Both the position numbers and the translations under genes were made by a program. The notes below the pieces were generated by a model. The model was given only the letters and a program-made list of their open reading frames with translations. It did no database searches and had not been told where the DNA came from. A DNA stretch of 26,337 nt from a virus (taxonomy: Duplodnaviria; Caudoviricetes). The stretch spans positions 1-26,337 of the IMG/VR virus record IMGVR_UViG_3300014656_005885. One strand, written 5' to 3'. Positions 1 to 8,690 of the stretch are shown piece by piece (positions within the stretch are counted from its first letter, which is position 1; the number at the start of each line of letters is the position of its first letter).

Positions 1-130
1 CGGCATAGTCATAAACGGTTTTTACGGATTGGGCTACATCTTCAACCCGGCTGTTCAGGCCGTCCCCAGTTACCCAGGCATGGCTTTTATATTCATGCTG
101 GTGGGGATCAGAATAAACGACAATTTTCAA
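1..130 (-). CDS. SbcD/Mre11 (T4 gp47-like) metallophosphoesterase nuclease, N-terminal part, runs off the window
   Basis: Not in the ORF track. TTG at 130 with SD AAGGAG (138-143) translates by hand as MKIVVYSDPHQHEYKSHAWVTGDGLNSRVEDVAQSVKTVYDYA. This has the calcineurin-like motif I DxH after a hydrophobic strand, and it follows recA. Confidence 0.8.
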   Translation of the reverse strand, partial: MKIVVYSDPHQHEYKSHAWVTGDGLNSRVEDVAQSVKTVYDYA

Positions 131-189
131 AATAAATCTCCTTCTTTTATGATGGAATTTGGGAGTTATTTTCATAATCTCTATTTGTT

Positions 190-215
190 AATAGCCCCCA
201 AATTCCTGTATTCTC
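190..215 (-). promoter_or_regulatory. Motif A copy 1 (putative element-specific promoter) upstream of the sbcD-like gene
   Basis: Minus strand GAGAATACAGGAATTTGGGGGCTATT; one of six intergenic copies. Confidence 0.75.
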
Positions 216-302
216 ATTGATTCTTAGTTGTTGTAATTATTTTCTAATTCTTGGCTCAAATCTCTCTGGAGCTTTTCATTTTCCTGTGTCAGGAATTTAC
301 AT

Positions 303-1430
303 TCAGGCAGCAGACGTGCCAGATACCTTAGAACCAATATCCGCCATCGAATCTCTGTATTTTTTAAGTTTTTCATCGACAACCTCCTTCGCCATTTGTT
401 CAAATTTTGCCCCAAGGGCTGGATCTTCCACGGCCATTGTATAAAGTTCTTTTTGTCGGCGTTTCTTACCTTCCCATTCCAGATACCCGGAGGTGGCGCC
501 AAAAACTCCACAATCCCTTTGAAGGAAATCTATGGCTTCCCAAAGGGTGTCGATCCCCCGGTCAAACCAAGTGACATATTCAAATTTAATGAACGGTTTA
601 TAGACCTTGTTTTTGGACACCCACACTTTGGTGATAATACCCTCCGGTTCATCTGAACTTTTTGGAAAGGTCCCGCCCTGAACCATTTCAAGGGTGATTG
701 AAGAATGGAAATCTATGGGGTTTTTGCCGATGTAGGTTGTTGGGCTGCCATAAACAACCCCGATCTTTTCTTTAAGCTGATTCACAAGGATAAAGCAGAC
801 ATTCATTTCATCGATCATAGGCATGACCTTTCTGAATGCCTGTGACAGGACTCGGGCATGTTTTCCCATGCCGGCCTTTCCCACATCCGCTTCGATCTCG
901 GAAGCCACGGAAGAACCGGCCACGGAATCCAGTACAACACCCATCAGGGTATCAGGGGATTTTTTATAAACGACTTTCAAGACTGACTCCATGATATCGA
1001 AGGCCCCTTTAACCTTCTCATTTTTACCGGTCTTGAAATTCTCCCGTTCAAAGGTATCAAGGGATTCAGGCTGCGTGGCAATATACCGTTCCATATTAAG
1101 GCCTTGTGCTTCACAGCGGGATCTCAGGTTTGCCCTTTCTGCATCCAGGCCAATTGCTAAGCCCATCATTTTCTGGATCTGTTTTAAAATATGGACGGTC
1201 AAAGTACTTTTACCAACGGACTTTTTTCCGATCAGGGTCGAAAGTTTACCGGCAGGGAACCCACCGCCAAGGGCCAGGTCCATCCGGGGAATCCCGGTGG
1301 GTACCCATATTTCAACATCTTTTAATATGACCAGTTGGGAACCAAGGGCTGATTTGACTTCTTTCAAAAGGGCATTAAAATCGGTTTCGGGCATTGCTGT
1401 TGGGACTTCTTTTCTCGGGGTACGTGTCAT
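303..1430 (-). CDS. recA: RecA/UvsX-family recombinase
   Basis: PTGIPRMDLALGGGFP, Walker A GKKSVGKST, LDAE, Walker B VVLDSVA, ARVLSQAFRK, FILVNQLKEKIGV, KNKVYKPF. SD GGAGG upstream. Confidence 0.92.
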   Translation of the reverse strand: MTRTPRKEVPTAMPETDFNALLKEVKSALGSQLVILKDVEIWVPTGIPRMDLALGGGFPAGKLSTLIGKKSVGKSTLTVHILKQIQKMMGLAIGLDAERANLRSRCEAQGLNMERYIATQPESLDTFERENFKTGKNEKVKGAFDIMESVLKVVYKKSPDTLMGVVLDSVAGSSVASEIEADVGKAGMGKHARVLSQAFRKVMPMIDEMNVCFILVNQLKEKIGVVYGSPTTYIGKNPIDFHSSITLEMVQGGTFPKSSDEPEGIITKVWVSKNKVYKPFIKFEYVTWFDRGIDTLWEAIDFLQRDCGVFGATSGYLEWEGKKRRQKELYTMAVEDPALGAKFEQMAKEVVDEKLKKYRDSMADIGSKVSGTSAA

Positions 1431-1433
1431 CGC

Positions 1434-2351
1434 TTATGCTGCCTCCGCTATTTTATGGAAATGTGAAATCCAGGTGGGGAAATCCAGATAAAAGGATTTA
1501 AGTTCATACTTTTTAAAGTATGCTTTCAGGGCGTTGGGATTTGTTTTCTTCCTCAGCATCTTTACGCCGGTAAGGTCTCCGGCAGGATTGGTCAGGTCCA
1601 TCATTTTGATATTCCGTTCGATTAACTCTTTATTTTCCAGAATTCGTTTTTCACGGGTGCCAACCTTCGTGGGAGAATCGGAATTCTGGTTATCAATGAA
1701 ATTTTGAATCGTCCCGAACTGTTTCATAAACGCCAAAGCGGTTTTTTCTCCGACACCGTTGATTCCGGTGATATTGTCAGACTTGTCACCGAGCAGGGCT
1801 TTATATTCAAGCCATTGGTGGGGCTGCAAACCACGGATTTTCGCCATGTTCGCCAAAGTGGTGTGACGTTCTCCTTTTACCCGGGAATTGACTGAGTAAA
1901 CGGAAATGAATTCATTGATTAACTGGTAAAAATCGGCATCCGATGAAAAAATAATGGCGTTTCTTTTCGATTTGACGGCCATTTTAGCAATTGCGGCAAT
2001 GATATCATCGCCCTCGACACCTCCGCCACGGCAGTTATAGGCACCCAAGAGGAACACACCTCTTTGGATTTCCGGTATCTGGATCAGGAATTCTTCGAAA
2101 TCCATTTCTTCCTGTTGGGTTTTCTCTTTGGCCCTGTTCGCTTTATATTCAGGGCAAAGTTTCATTCTTTTTTTGGATTTACCACCGTCCCAAGCCACAA
2201 AAATTTGTGTTGGGCAGAACAATTTGGCATATGACTGAAGGGAGTTGAAAAAACCTTTAATGGCCTGTGTGGGAAAATCATCTTTAGTATGCAACCGCAT
2301 GACCATGTTAGAAGAAAATGCAAGGTTATTCCCATCAACAATAAAAATCAT
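1434..2351 (-). CDS. 5'-3' exonuclease/flap endonuclease (PolI N-terminal domain, T4 RNase H-like)
   Basis: IVDGNN, WDG, YKANR, VEGDDII, SSDADF and the H3TH motif GDKSDNITGINGVGEKTA. No polymerase domain. Confidence 0.92.
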   Translation of the reverse strand: MIFIVDGNNLAFSSNMVMRLHTKDDFPTQAIKGFFNSLQSYAKLFCPTQIFVAWDGGKSKKRMKLCPEYKANRAKEKTQQEEMDFEEFLIQIPEIQRGVFLLGAYNCRGGGVEGDDIIAAIAKMAVKSKRNAIIFSSDADFYQLINEFISVYSVNSRVKGERHTTLANMAKIRGLQPHQWLEYKALLGDKSDNITGINGVGEKTALAFMKQFGTIQNFIDNQNSDSPTKVGTREKRILENKELIERNIKMMDLTNPAGDLTGVKMLRKKTNPNALKAYFKKYELKSFYLDFPTWISHFHKIAEAA

Positions 2352-2370
2352 TTATTACCTCCTTTTAGAT

Positions 2371-2401
2371 AAAGAAAAAGCCCCCGGCGGGAACCGGGGG
2401 C
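2371..2401 (-). terminator. Intrinsic terminator after ssb
   Basis: 8-bp stem GCCCCCGG/CCGGGGGC (2380-2387/2394-2401) followed by TTTTTCTTT on the minus strand. Confidence 0.8.
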
Positions 2402-2411
2402 AGTAGAAGGG

Positions 2412-3398
2412 TTAACCCATATCAATGGCGTCTTGGAGCTGTGCCATCAGATCGTCCACTTCTCCCTCATTTTCAACGACTGGGTCCGGATCAGCAGTCA
2501 GGGTAGTGGTTTTGATTGGGGTGGTAGCCTTGGCCTTTTCTTCTTCCATTTTTTCCTCGCAATCGTCTTGTTCCAGACAATCCAAACATTTGTCGTTGTC
2601 TTCGTTAAAACCGCCGAAACATGCAGGAAGGCCAGCGTCCACAAGGTTGGTGACATCGGTATGTTCTGGTGCGATGTAATCCGGTTCGGTTTCGGTAGAA
2701 CCTATGGTCTTGGCATCAGAAATAGTCGGGGCAGGGAGTGCACCAGATGATTCCGGGGCTTTCCCTTCATAGATCATTTTCAAATTGATATAAGATTCGG
2801 TCTTCACAAAAGATTCCAGATTCACCAATTCAGATTCGTATTCGGCCTTGCTGATAGCAGTCGGGGAGTTTTTTGCACGGACACTGTACCTGGTACCGAT
2901 CCCTTTACCGGTCTTTTCAATGATCACATCAAATCCGGTATCCCAATCTGTAATATCGCCTTTCCCAGTGTCTTCATCGACCATAATGTTCCAAAGTTCT
3001 TCCAAAACGGTCTTGGGCAGTTCCCCTACCTGGACCCCCTTTTCGAGGTCGTTCAGGTCCACCAGGTTCACATAGTACCGTTGGCTGGCTCCCACATTCT
3101 TGAGCCATTCCTTGGTGGCATCATCCGGCTTGGTTTTCCAGATTTTGTCCAATTCTTCACAGATAGGGCAGGGCATCCCGGCAGTATATTTGGGGCAGAA
3201 CACACTTGTTTTTCCCTCAGGTCCAAGATTCCAGTGTTTTCCCATGGCCCGGGAAAAGTCATCAGCACCCTCCCACGGAGGCATTATACGGACGATGTTT
3301 CGGCCACTCTGGAACTGGAAATAATTGACATTCCGGCGGCTGGCATCTTCTTTGGCTCTTCTACGGTTTTCTTTAATTTTTTCAAGATTTAGTGCCAT
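2412..3398 (-). CDS. T4 gp32-like single-stranded DNA-binding protein with an extra Cys4 module in the acidic tail
   Basis: VRIMPP, H..CPK....CPICE zinc site, RYYVN, GFDVIIEKTG...TRYSV, acidic C-terminus (DDLMAQLQDAIDMG). Lies between UvsY-like and exonuclease genes. SD AAGGAG. Confidence 0.82.
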   Translation of the reverse strand: MALNLEKIKENRRRAKEDASRRNVNYFQFQSGRNIVRIMPPWEGADDFSRAMGKHWNLGPEGKTSVFCPKYTAGMPCPICEELDKIWKTKPDDATKEWLKNVGASQRYYVNLVDLNDLEKGVQVGELPKTVLEELWNIMVDEDTGKGDITDWDTGFDVIIEKTGKGIGTRYSVRAKNSPTAISKAEYESELVNLESFVKTESYINLKMIYEGKAPESSGALPAPTISDAKTIGSTETEPDYIAPEHTDVTNLVDAGLPACFGGFNEDNDKCLDCLEQDDCEEKMEEEKAKATTPIKTTTLTADPDPVVENEGEVDDLMAQLQDAIDMG

Positions 3399-3434
3399 GA
3401 TGTTTCTCCTTAAATAGAAAGCGTGTCTAAATCA

Positions 3435-3453
3435 ATTAATTGATTACTGTAAT
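3435..3453. promoter_or_regulatory. Motif B box upstream of ssb
   Basis: ATTAATTGATTACTGTAAT; overlaps the perfect palindrome AATCAATTAATTGATT (3430-3445). Confidence 0.6.
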
Positions 3454-3519
3454 CGAAAGGCGCAATAATAGCGTGAAAGCACCTTCCGATTAGGTTTTAA
3501 AAGTTAAATTGCTGAGTGG

Positions 3520-4227
3520 TCAGGCTGATTTAAGGGTGTCTTTGGCTTTTTCATGGAGAGAAAAGCCAACTTGATCTTTTTCCTGCCGGGCAGCGGTACC
3601 GAGTTGAACCAGCATGTCCTTTCTGTCTTCATAGGATTTCAGAAGACCCTTAAAAATGGTGTATGCCTCGGTGTTATCGATAATGCTCTGTTCGGCTACA
3701 ATCGATGCCGGATCAGTTTCAACCTCGGCACCAATGGCCTTTTCCGTAGGTTTCGGAGTTCCGCTTTCAATCAACAATTCTTTATGTTTTTTGAAAAGCT
3801 CGGCGGCTACAACTTTCTGCCGGGATTTGGCGGTCATCACCTTGGCATTGGAGCTTGCAACCAACATTACAACCCTGGCATGCTTGGCCGCCTGTTCCAC
3901 AAAATCCTGCGACAGGTTGGCTTCATTGATTTCAAGCCCCTTGACCAATTCTTTGGCAATGGCAACCGGATCAGAACTTTTTTCTGAAATCCCTTCCGGT
4001 TTTTTTGGCATCCGTTTAGGGGTGGGTTTTTCTTCCGGGTTTGGCTCAGGCTCAGGGGTGGGTTCTGGTTCTGGTGTTTTTTTGGCTTCCGGTTCCGGGG
4101 TGGTTACTGCTTCATTTTCAAGTTCGGCAACGGTGATCATTTCTTCCAGGTCTTCCATGGTGTCAGTTTTATTGTAATCAATGCCAAGTGCTTTTGCCCG
4201 TTTTCTCAGTTCACGAAGGTTTGCCAT
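3520..4227 (-). CDS. UvsY-like recombination mediator with N-terminal Rho-N/HeH-like helical domain and Pro/Glu linker
   Basis: Start moved from 4296 to ATG 4227 (SD AAGGAG at 4235-4240), giving 235 aa. C-terminal coiled coil LEINEANLSQDFVEQ...PTEKAIGAEVETDP...YEDRKDMLVQLG resembles phage UvsY-like proteins. Adjacent to ssb and recA. Confidence 0.6.
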   Translation of the reverse strand: MANLRELRKRAKALGIDYNKTDTMEDLEEMITVAELENEAVTTPEPEAKKTPEPEPTPEPEPNPEEKPTPKRMPKKPEGISEKSSDPVAIAKELVKGLEINEANLSQDFVEQAAKHARVVMLVASSNAKVMTAKSRQKVVAAELFKKHKELLIESGTPKPTEKAIGAEVETDPASIVAEQSIIDNTEAYTIFKGLLKSYEDRKDMLVQLGTAARQEKDQVGFSLHEKAKDTLKSA

Positions 4228-4410
4228 AATAGTTCTCCTTGATATTACGTTTTGGCAGGTAATCTGCCGTGTTAAAAGCTGAATTTTAGGTTTCACGTTT
4301 TGTTACATTCAGGCCGATCTTTGTTCCCGGCTCCCTCGGTATTTTCATCTCAAAGGCCGGAAACCATTGACCGGAAAAAAATTACATTTTTTTTGAACTT
4401 CTTGTTCACT

Positions 4411-4436
4411 AATAGCCTCCAATTTTCTGTATTCTC
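4411..4436 (-). promoter_or_regulatory. Motif A copy 2, heading uvsY-ssb-exo-recA
   Basis: Minus strand GAGAATACAGAAAATTGGAGGCTATT. Confidence 0.75.
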
Positions 4437-4456
4437 ATTTCGTGAGAACCTTTTTA

Positions 4457-7400
4457 TTATTTTTCCAAATAATCTTTCAGAACGTCCACTGCCTTTATGA
4501 ACATGTTCTCTTTTTCACCGGAGCTATCGAAATAAATCTGCCCGGGGTGGATCGCAAAGATTACCAAGGCCTGATACTCCGGCAACCATAACTTGGTCCC
4601 ATTGGCAGAATTAATCCCGAAGGTTTTTCCTGTGAAAAAATTATGGGCCGCACCACCCATGGCAAAAATGACCTGTGCTTTTGTGGCCCGGATCAGTTTA
4701 TCCAACCAGATCTTGGCACACTCTGTTTTTTCCAAATGATCCTTGGATAATTTATCCCCAGGAGGCCGGCACTGAAAAATATTGGCTTTCAAGAATTTAC
4801 CCGGGGTCAGACCCAGGCGTTCTTTGAAATATCCCTCGACTGTGGCAGCCATCTTTCCAACCAGGGGCCTGTCTGAGGCTTCTTCCCGGGCATCGGTTTT
4901 TTGTGACACCAGAAGGATTTGGCTATCACGTGTAAAATGGAAGGGTACCGGGCCTGATGCCGAATGAAGCTCACATTTATCACATTTTCGGATCTGGCCT
5001 TGAAGCATTTCCAGAACCGGTTTATCGATCTCCATAGTGGCCGTCACATTGATATCATCACCGGTAAAAACTCCGGGGATGTTCTCAATCTTCATGGAAT
5101 CCTTTTCCATGGGCTCATAATCTCGATAACTTCCAGGCTCTGGGATTTCAGCAAGGGCCTTTCCACCTTTTACAAAGGCGGGATACCAATCCACAATCCA
5201 TTTTGCATTGTGGCAAATGGATTCAAAGGCTCCAGCCATTGCAAGGGCAGATACGGCCTTTTTATTCACGGATTTACGTTCTGTCTTATTCATGAAATCT
5301 TGGAATGATTTAAACCTGCCTTTTTCTTGCCGGGCTTCCTGGATCATCATCGCAGCAGCCGGACCCACTCCCTTGACGGAAGAAAAGCCCACCACAATGG
5401 ATTCCCCGACAACGGAGAAGGTATTTTCAGAATCATTGATATCCGGGGGGGAAACCCTCATGCCCAGGCGGTGAATCTCTTTAATATATGCCCCTGTCTT
5501 TTCGGCATCACTTGTGGCGACCCGCAAAAGGGAACACATGAACTCTGCCGGGTAATGGAATTTTGCCCAGGCGGTAAGGTATGAAATTAGGGAATAATCG
5601 GCAGCGTGACTTCTGTTGAACCCATACTTACCGAACTTTACGATTTGGTCATAAATGATATTTGCCTTGTCCTCGGAGATATCGGAAGTCTTGGTACAAC
5701 CTTCAATAAAGACCAACCGTTTTTCTTCCAGTTTTTCAACACCCTTTGACTTTGAAATGATCTTCCGCATGGTATCAGCTTCCGGCCATGTAAACCCGGC
5801 TAAACGAACGAAATAAGCCATAATCTGCTCTTGAAAGATCGGTAGTCCCAAGGTTCCAGCAGTAATCGGTTTTTCCGTGGGATGGTGGTAGGTGATTGCT
5901 TCTTCTTTCCGATACCGCCGGACATAAGATTCCACCATACCGGAATCCAAAGGACCTGGACGGTTCAGGGCATTGACATGGATCAGGGTTTCAAAGTCGG
6001 TTAATGGTGCCAGCCTTTTGCACAAACTGGCGGCACTGTTCGATTCAAACTGAAAAAAGCCCATGGTGTTGCCATCGGAGAATTGTTTCAATACCTCCGA
6101 GTCGTCCGGCACAATGCTGAAATAATCTATTTCATGGCCGGATCTGGCTTTCACCAGCTTGGCGGTGTCATTCAGGACTGAAAGGTTATTCAATCCCAAA
6201 ATATCAACCTTTAACAGGCCGAAGTTTTCCACTTCATCCATATGCCAGTTAATTGTGGTGGCTTTCTGTCGGTATTCCAGAACACCCCTATGATGGAATC
6301 CGCCTTCGGTAATAATTACCCCGCCTGCATGGAGCCCTTTGGCCCGGAGCTGGCCGTCAAGACGGGAAGCATACCGGACAACCTCCGGGTTATTCTTCAT
6401 GAAAACTTTGAGAATGGCATCATTTTCAAAGTTTTCCATTAAGGGGATATCATTATCAATACGCTTGGACAGCTCATTGACCTTTAAAAAGGGAATGGCA
6501 AAGATCCGGGCAACATCTCGAAAGGCTGTTTTTCCGTGCATGATCGACGGGGTGGAAATATGGGAAACATTTTCATCCCCATATACTTCATGGATGTATT
6601 CAATGATCTGGTCCCGGTCTTTCCCTGCAAAGTCAAGGTCAATATCAGGCATATCGATACGATTTTCACGGAGAAACCGTTCAAAATACAGTTCATATTT
6701 CAGGGGATTCAGACCAACAATGCCCAGGAGATAAGCCACAAGGGAACCACCGGCAGAACCACGGCCAAACCCACAAAGGATACTCATTTCCTTGGCCTGC
6801 CGGATGATATCCCAAACTATTAGGAAATACCGAACAGCTCCAATCTTGGAAATGACCTTCAATTCATGCTGGAGCCGGGCTTTATAAACAGAGGTTTCCT
6901 CGGCAGTCAAATCCAGCTTTCTCCAGCCCTCCATAATTTTTTTAATCAGGAACTTTGATTCATCCGATGCCGTTGCTCCCTTTAGCGCAGGGATTGCCGG
7001 CAAGGTGAAGTCAAGGGCCGGGATCTCAAGCCCGGAACATTTGGCAGCAATTTCATTGGTGGCTTTAAATGCCTTGGCAACAAAAGCAAGGTCGAAGGTA
7101 CCGTCTTGAATCATAGGCTTGAAACTGTGCATCATTTCTGTGGCATCTTTAAGGTAAAGACCAGCCAGAGGTTCATCACCTTCAATGAAGGAAAAGAACT
7201 TTTCATCTGTCGGGCGCCGGTTGGTCTGGATCGCTAAAAGGATGTCATGGGCCAGGGTATCTTCTTCTGTCGGGTAATGACAGTCGTTGGTTGCCACCGG
7301 GGTAATCCCGCACTCGTTGCACATTTCCACGGCTCGTTCATTAACAATTTTCTGAATTTCAATAGGATGGGGCATGATTTCAATATAAAAGTCATCCCCA

Positions 7401-7870
7401 TAGGTTTTGTGCAGTCCTCGGGTAATTTTTGCATATTGGGGGTGTTGAAGAATACCGATGGCACAACCTGTCATGACAACACAATTTTCAAATCCATGGC
7501 ACTGGTCTATGGACAACACCGGTTTGTAATAAAACTGGCTGTTTGCCAAGGACAGCATTTTAAAAATGGATTGCAGCCCTTCCCAATTCTTTGCAAGGAC
7601 GGTTAAATGAAAACGTGGTGGCCTTTCATTCTTCTTTTTAGGCCGGTAGGCGGGGTCATCATTAACATAAAACTCGGTTCCGACAATCGGGGTGATACCA
7701 GCTTGTTTGGCTGCTTTACAGAATTCAAGTGCGGCACTGCATGAACCATGGTCTGTAATTGCCACGGCCGGCATCTTCTTTTTAACTGCTGCGTGAACCC
7801 ATTCCCCGGGGTTCCCCAATCCGTCAAGCAGGGAATGGCTTGAATGGTTATGTAATTGGATAAAGTCCAA
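4457..7870 (-). CDS. dnaE: DNA polymerase III alpha subunit (family C, DnaE type) with C-terminal family-4 uracil-DNA glycosylase-like domain
   Basis: PHP domain (LHNHS.HSLLDG, AITDHG, GTE, NDCHY), GRGSAGGS, catalytic PDIDLD and KVDILGL, FFQFES, YGFNRSHA, HhH (VKGVG). Roughly the last 180 aa carry CDKC..L, N..QCRPP, C and HPG. TTG start with SD AAGGAG. Confidence 0.95.
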   Translation of the reverse strand: MDFIQLHNHSSHSLLDGLGNPGEWVHAAVKKKMPAVAITDHGSCSAALEFCKAAKQAGITPIVGTEFYVNDDPAYRPKKKNERPPRFHLTVLAKNWEGLQSIFKMLSLANSQFYYKPVLSIDQCHGFENCVVMTGCAIGILQHPQYAKITRGLHKTYGDDFYIEIMPHPIEIQKIVNERAVEMCNECGITPVATNDCHYPTEEDTLAHDILLAIQTNRRPTDEKFFSFIEGDEPLAGLYLKDATEMMHSFKPMIQDGTFDLAFVAKAFKATNEIAAKCSGLEIPALDFTLPAIPALKGATASDESKFLIKKIMEGWRKLDLTAEETSVYKARLQHELKVISKIGAVRYFLIVWDIIRQAKEMSILCGFGRGSAGGSLVAYLLGIVGLNPLKYELYFERFLRENRIDMPDIDLDFAGKDRDQIIEYIHEVYGDENVSHISTPSIMHGKTAFRDVARIFAIPFLKVNELSKRIDNDIPLMENFENDAILKVFMKNNPEVVRYASRLDGQLRAKGLHAGGVIITEGGFHHRGVLEYRQKATTINWHMDEVENFGLLKVDILGLNNLSVLNDTAKLVKARSGHEIDYFSIVPDDSEVLKQFSDGNTMGFFQFESNSAASLCKRLAPLTDFETLIHVNALNRPGPLDSGMVESYVRRYRKEEAITYHHPTEKPITAGTLGLPIFQEQIMAYFVRLAGFTWPEADTMRKIISKSKGVEKLEEKRLVFIEGCTKTSDISEDKANIIYDQIVKFGKYGFNRSHAADYSLISYLTAWAKFHYPAEFMCSLLRVATSDAEKTGAYIKEIHRLGMRVSPPDINDSENTFSVVGESIVVGFSSVKGVGPAAAMMIQEARQEKGRFKSFQDFMNKTERKSVNKKAVSALAMAGAFESICHNAKWIVDWYPAFVKGGKALAEIPEPGSYRDYEPMEKDSMKIENIPGVFTGDDINVTATMEIDKPVLEMLQGQIRKCDKCELHSASGPVPFHFTRDSQILLVSQKTDAREEASDRPLVGKMAATVEGYFKERLGLTPGKFLKANIFQCRPPGDKLSKDHLEKTECAKIWLDKLIRATKAQVIFAMGGAAHNFFTGKTFGINSANGTKLWLPEYQALVIFAIHPGQIYFDSSGEKENMFIKAVDVLKDYLEK

Positions 7871-7883
7871 ATCTTATCTCCTT

Positions 7884-7927
7884 AAAGCAAAGGCACCAGG
7901 GACAAGCAAAGGCATCCCTGTTGCCTT
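7884..7927 (-). terminator. Possible terminator/attenuator hairpin between the Cys4-wHTH gene and dnaE
   Basis: Imperfect stem AAGGCACCAGGGA / TCCCTGTTGCCTT, then only TGCTTT on the minus strand. Long loop and weak U tract. Confidence 0.4.
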
Positions 7928-7935
7928 GAATTTTT

Positions 7936-8667
7936 TTATTGCATCTGGAAAAACTTCTGACGGCCTACCTTGCGGGTCACTTTGGCAATACCAAAAAAAT
8001 GGGCTCCGGAAAGAACATCTGCGGCCCTGTTCATCAGGGTAGCATCATTTTTTCCCGGGAATGCAGTTTTCAGGTGGTTGAAAGCATCCCTGAAAGTGAC
8101 CTCATCCCCCTTTTCAAGGAATTTAAAGGCTTCGGCGGGAATTGACCCATCTTTGAAGGGATTCGCCCCTGAATTGGCAAATTCGGCCAGATTTTTTTCA
8201 TGGTAAATTTGGGACTTATATACATGGATGCCGTCATCTTTGACCTGCATGTATGTTTTCTTTTTTGTTTCATCGACAAACGGGGTGATTTTCCCACTAT
8301 CCATAAGTGTTTTGAAAGGTTGGCGGTTGGAAACTTCAACTTCATTTTTCTTTGTAACAGGCTTCTTTTTCGCTTCTTTTTTGGCCTCGGGGGTGGCTTT
8401 TTTCTCAGCCTCGTTAACCTCCTTGACAGGTTCTTTGTCAGTGGCAACTTCCGCCTCAATATCCTTGGCAAGTTCGATCACTTCTTCTTCCGCTTCCAGG
8501 GCTGCTGCGGCAGCGGCTTCCAAATCTTCATCATCTGCAAGTTGCATAACAGGTTTCAGCTTTGTTCCGTCGTTGCATTCATACTTGAAAATGCATTCTA
8601 CACAGTCTGTTTCATCATAAAGTTTGCCGAAACAATTGGGTTTATCATCTTGGATTTGGTCAGTCAT
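7936..8667 (-). CDS. Hypothetical protein: N-terminal Cys4 module, acidic then basic linker, C-terminal probable winged-helix
   Basis: PNCFG-x7-CVEC-x5-C at the N-terminus. The C-terminal ~75 aa have a helix-helix-helix-beta-hairpin pattern (VTFRDAFNHLK...DATLMNRAADVL...KVTRKVGRQKFF), judged by eye. SD GGAGG. Confidence 0.75.
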   Translation of the reverse strand: MTDQIQDDKPNCFGKLYDETDCVECIFKYECNDGTKLKPVMQLADDEDLEAAAAAALEAEEEVIELAKDIEAEVATDKEPVKEVNEAEKKATPEAKKEAKKKPVTKKNEVEVSNRQPFKTLMDSGKITPFVDETKKKTYMQVKDDGIHVYKSQIYHEKNLAEFANSGANPFKDGSIPAEAFKFLEKGDEVTFRDAFNHLKTAFPGKNDATLMNRAADVLSGAHFFGIAKVTRKVGRQKFFQMQ

Positions 8668-8690
8668 TTTTGGCCTCCGTCAATATAGTA

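Noticed and set aside
224-511. 95-aa minus-strand ORF overlapping the recA 3' end
   Set aside because: Mostly an alternative frame inside recA, with no evident SD or motif.
3440-3491. T4 gene 32-type pseudoknot in the ssb leader
   Set aside because: The loop AUUAUU could pair with AGUAAU, but only 2 nt follow the 13-bp stem, too short for an H-type pseudoknot. Only the hairpin is reported.
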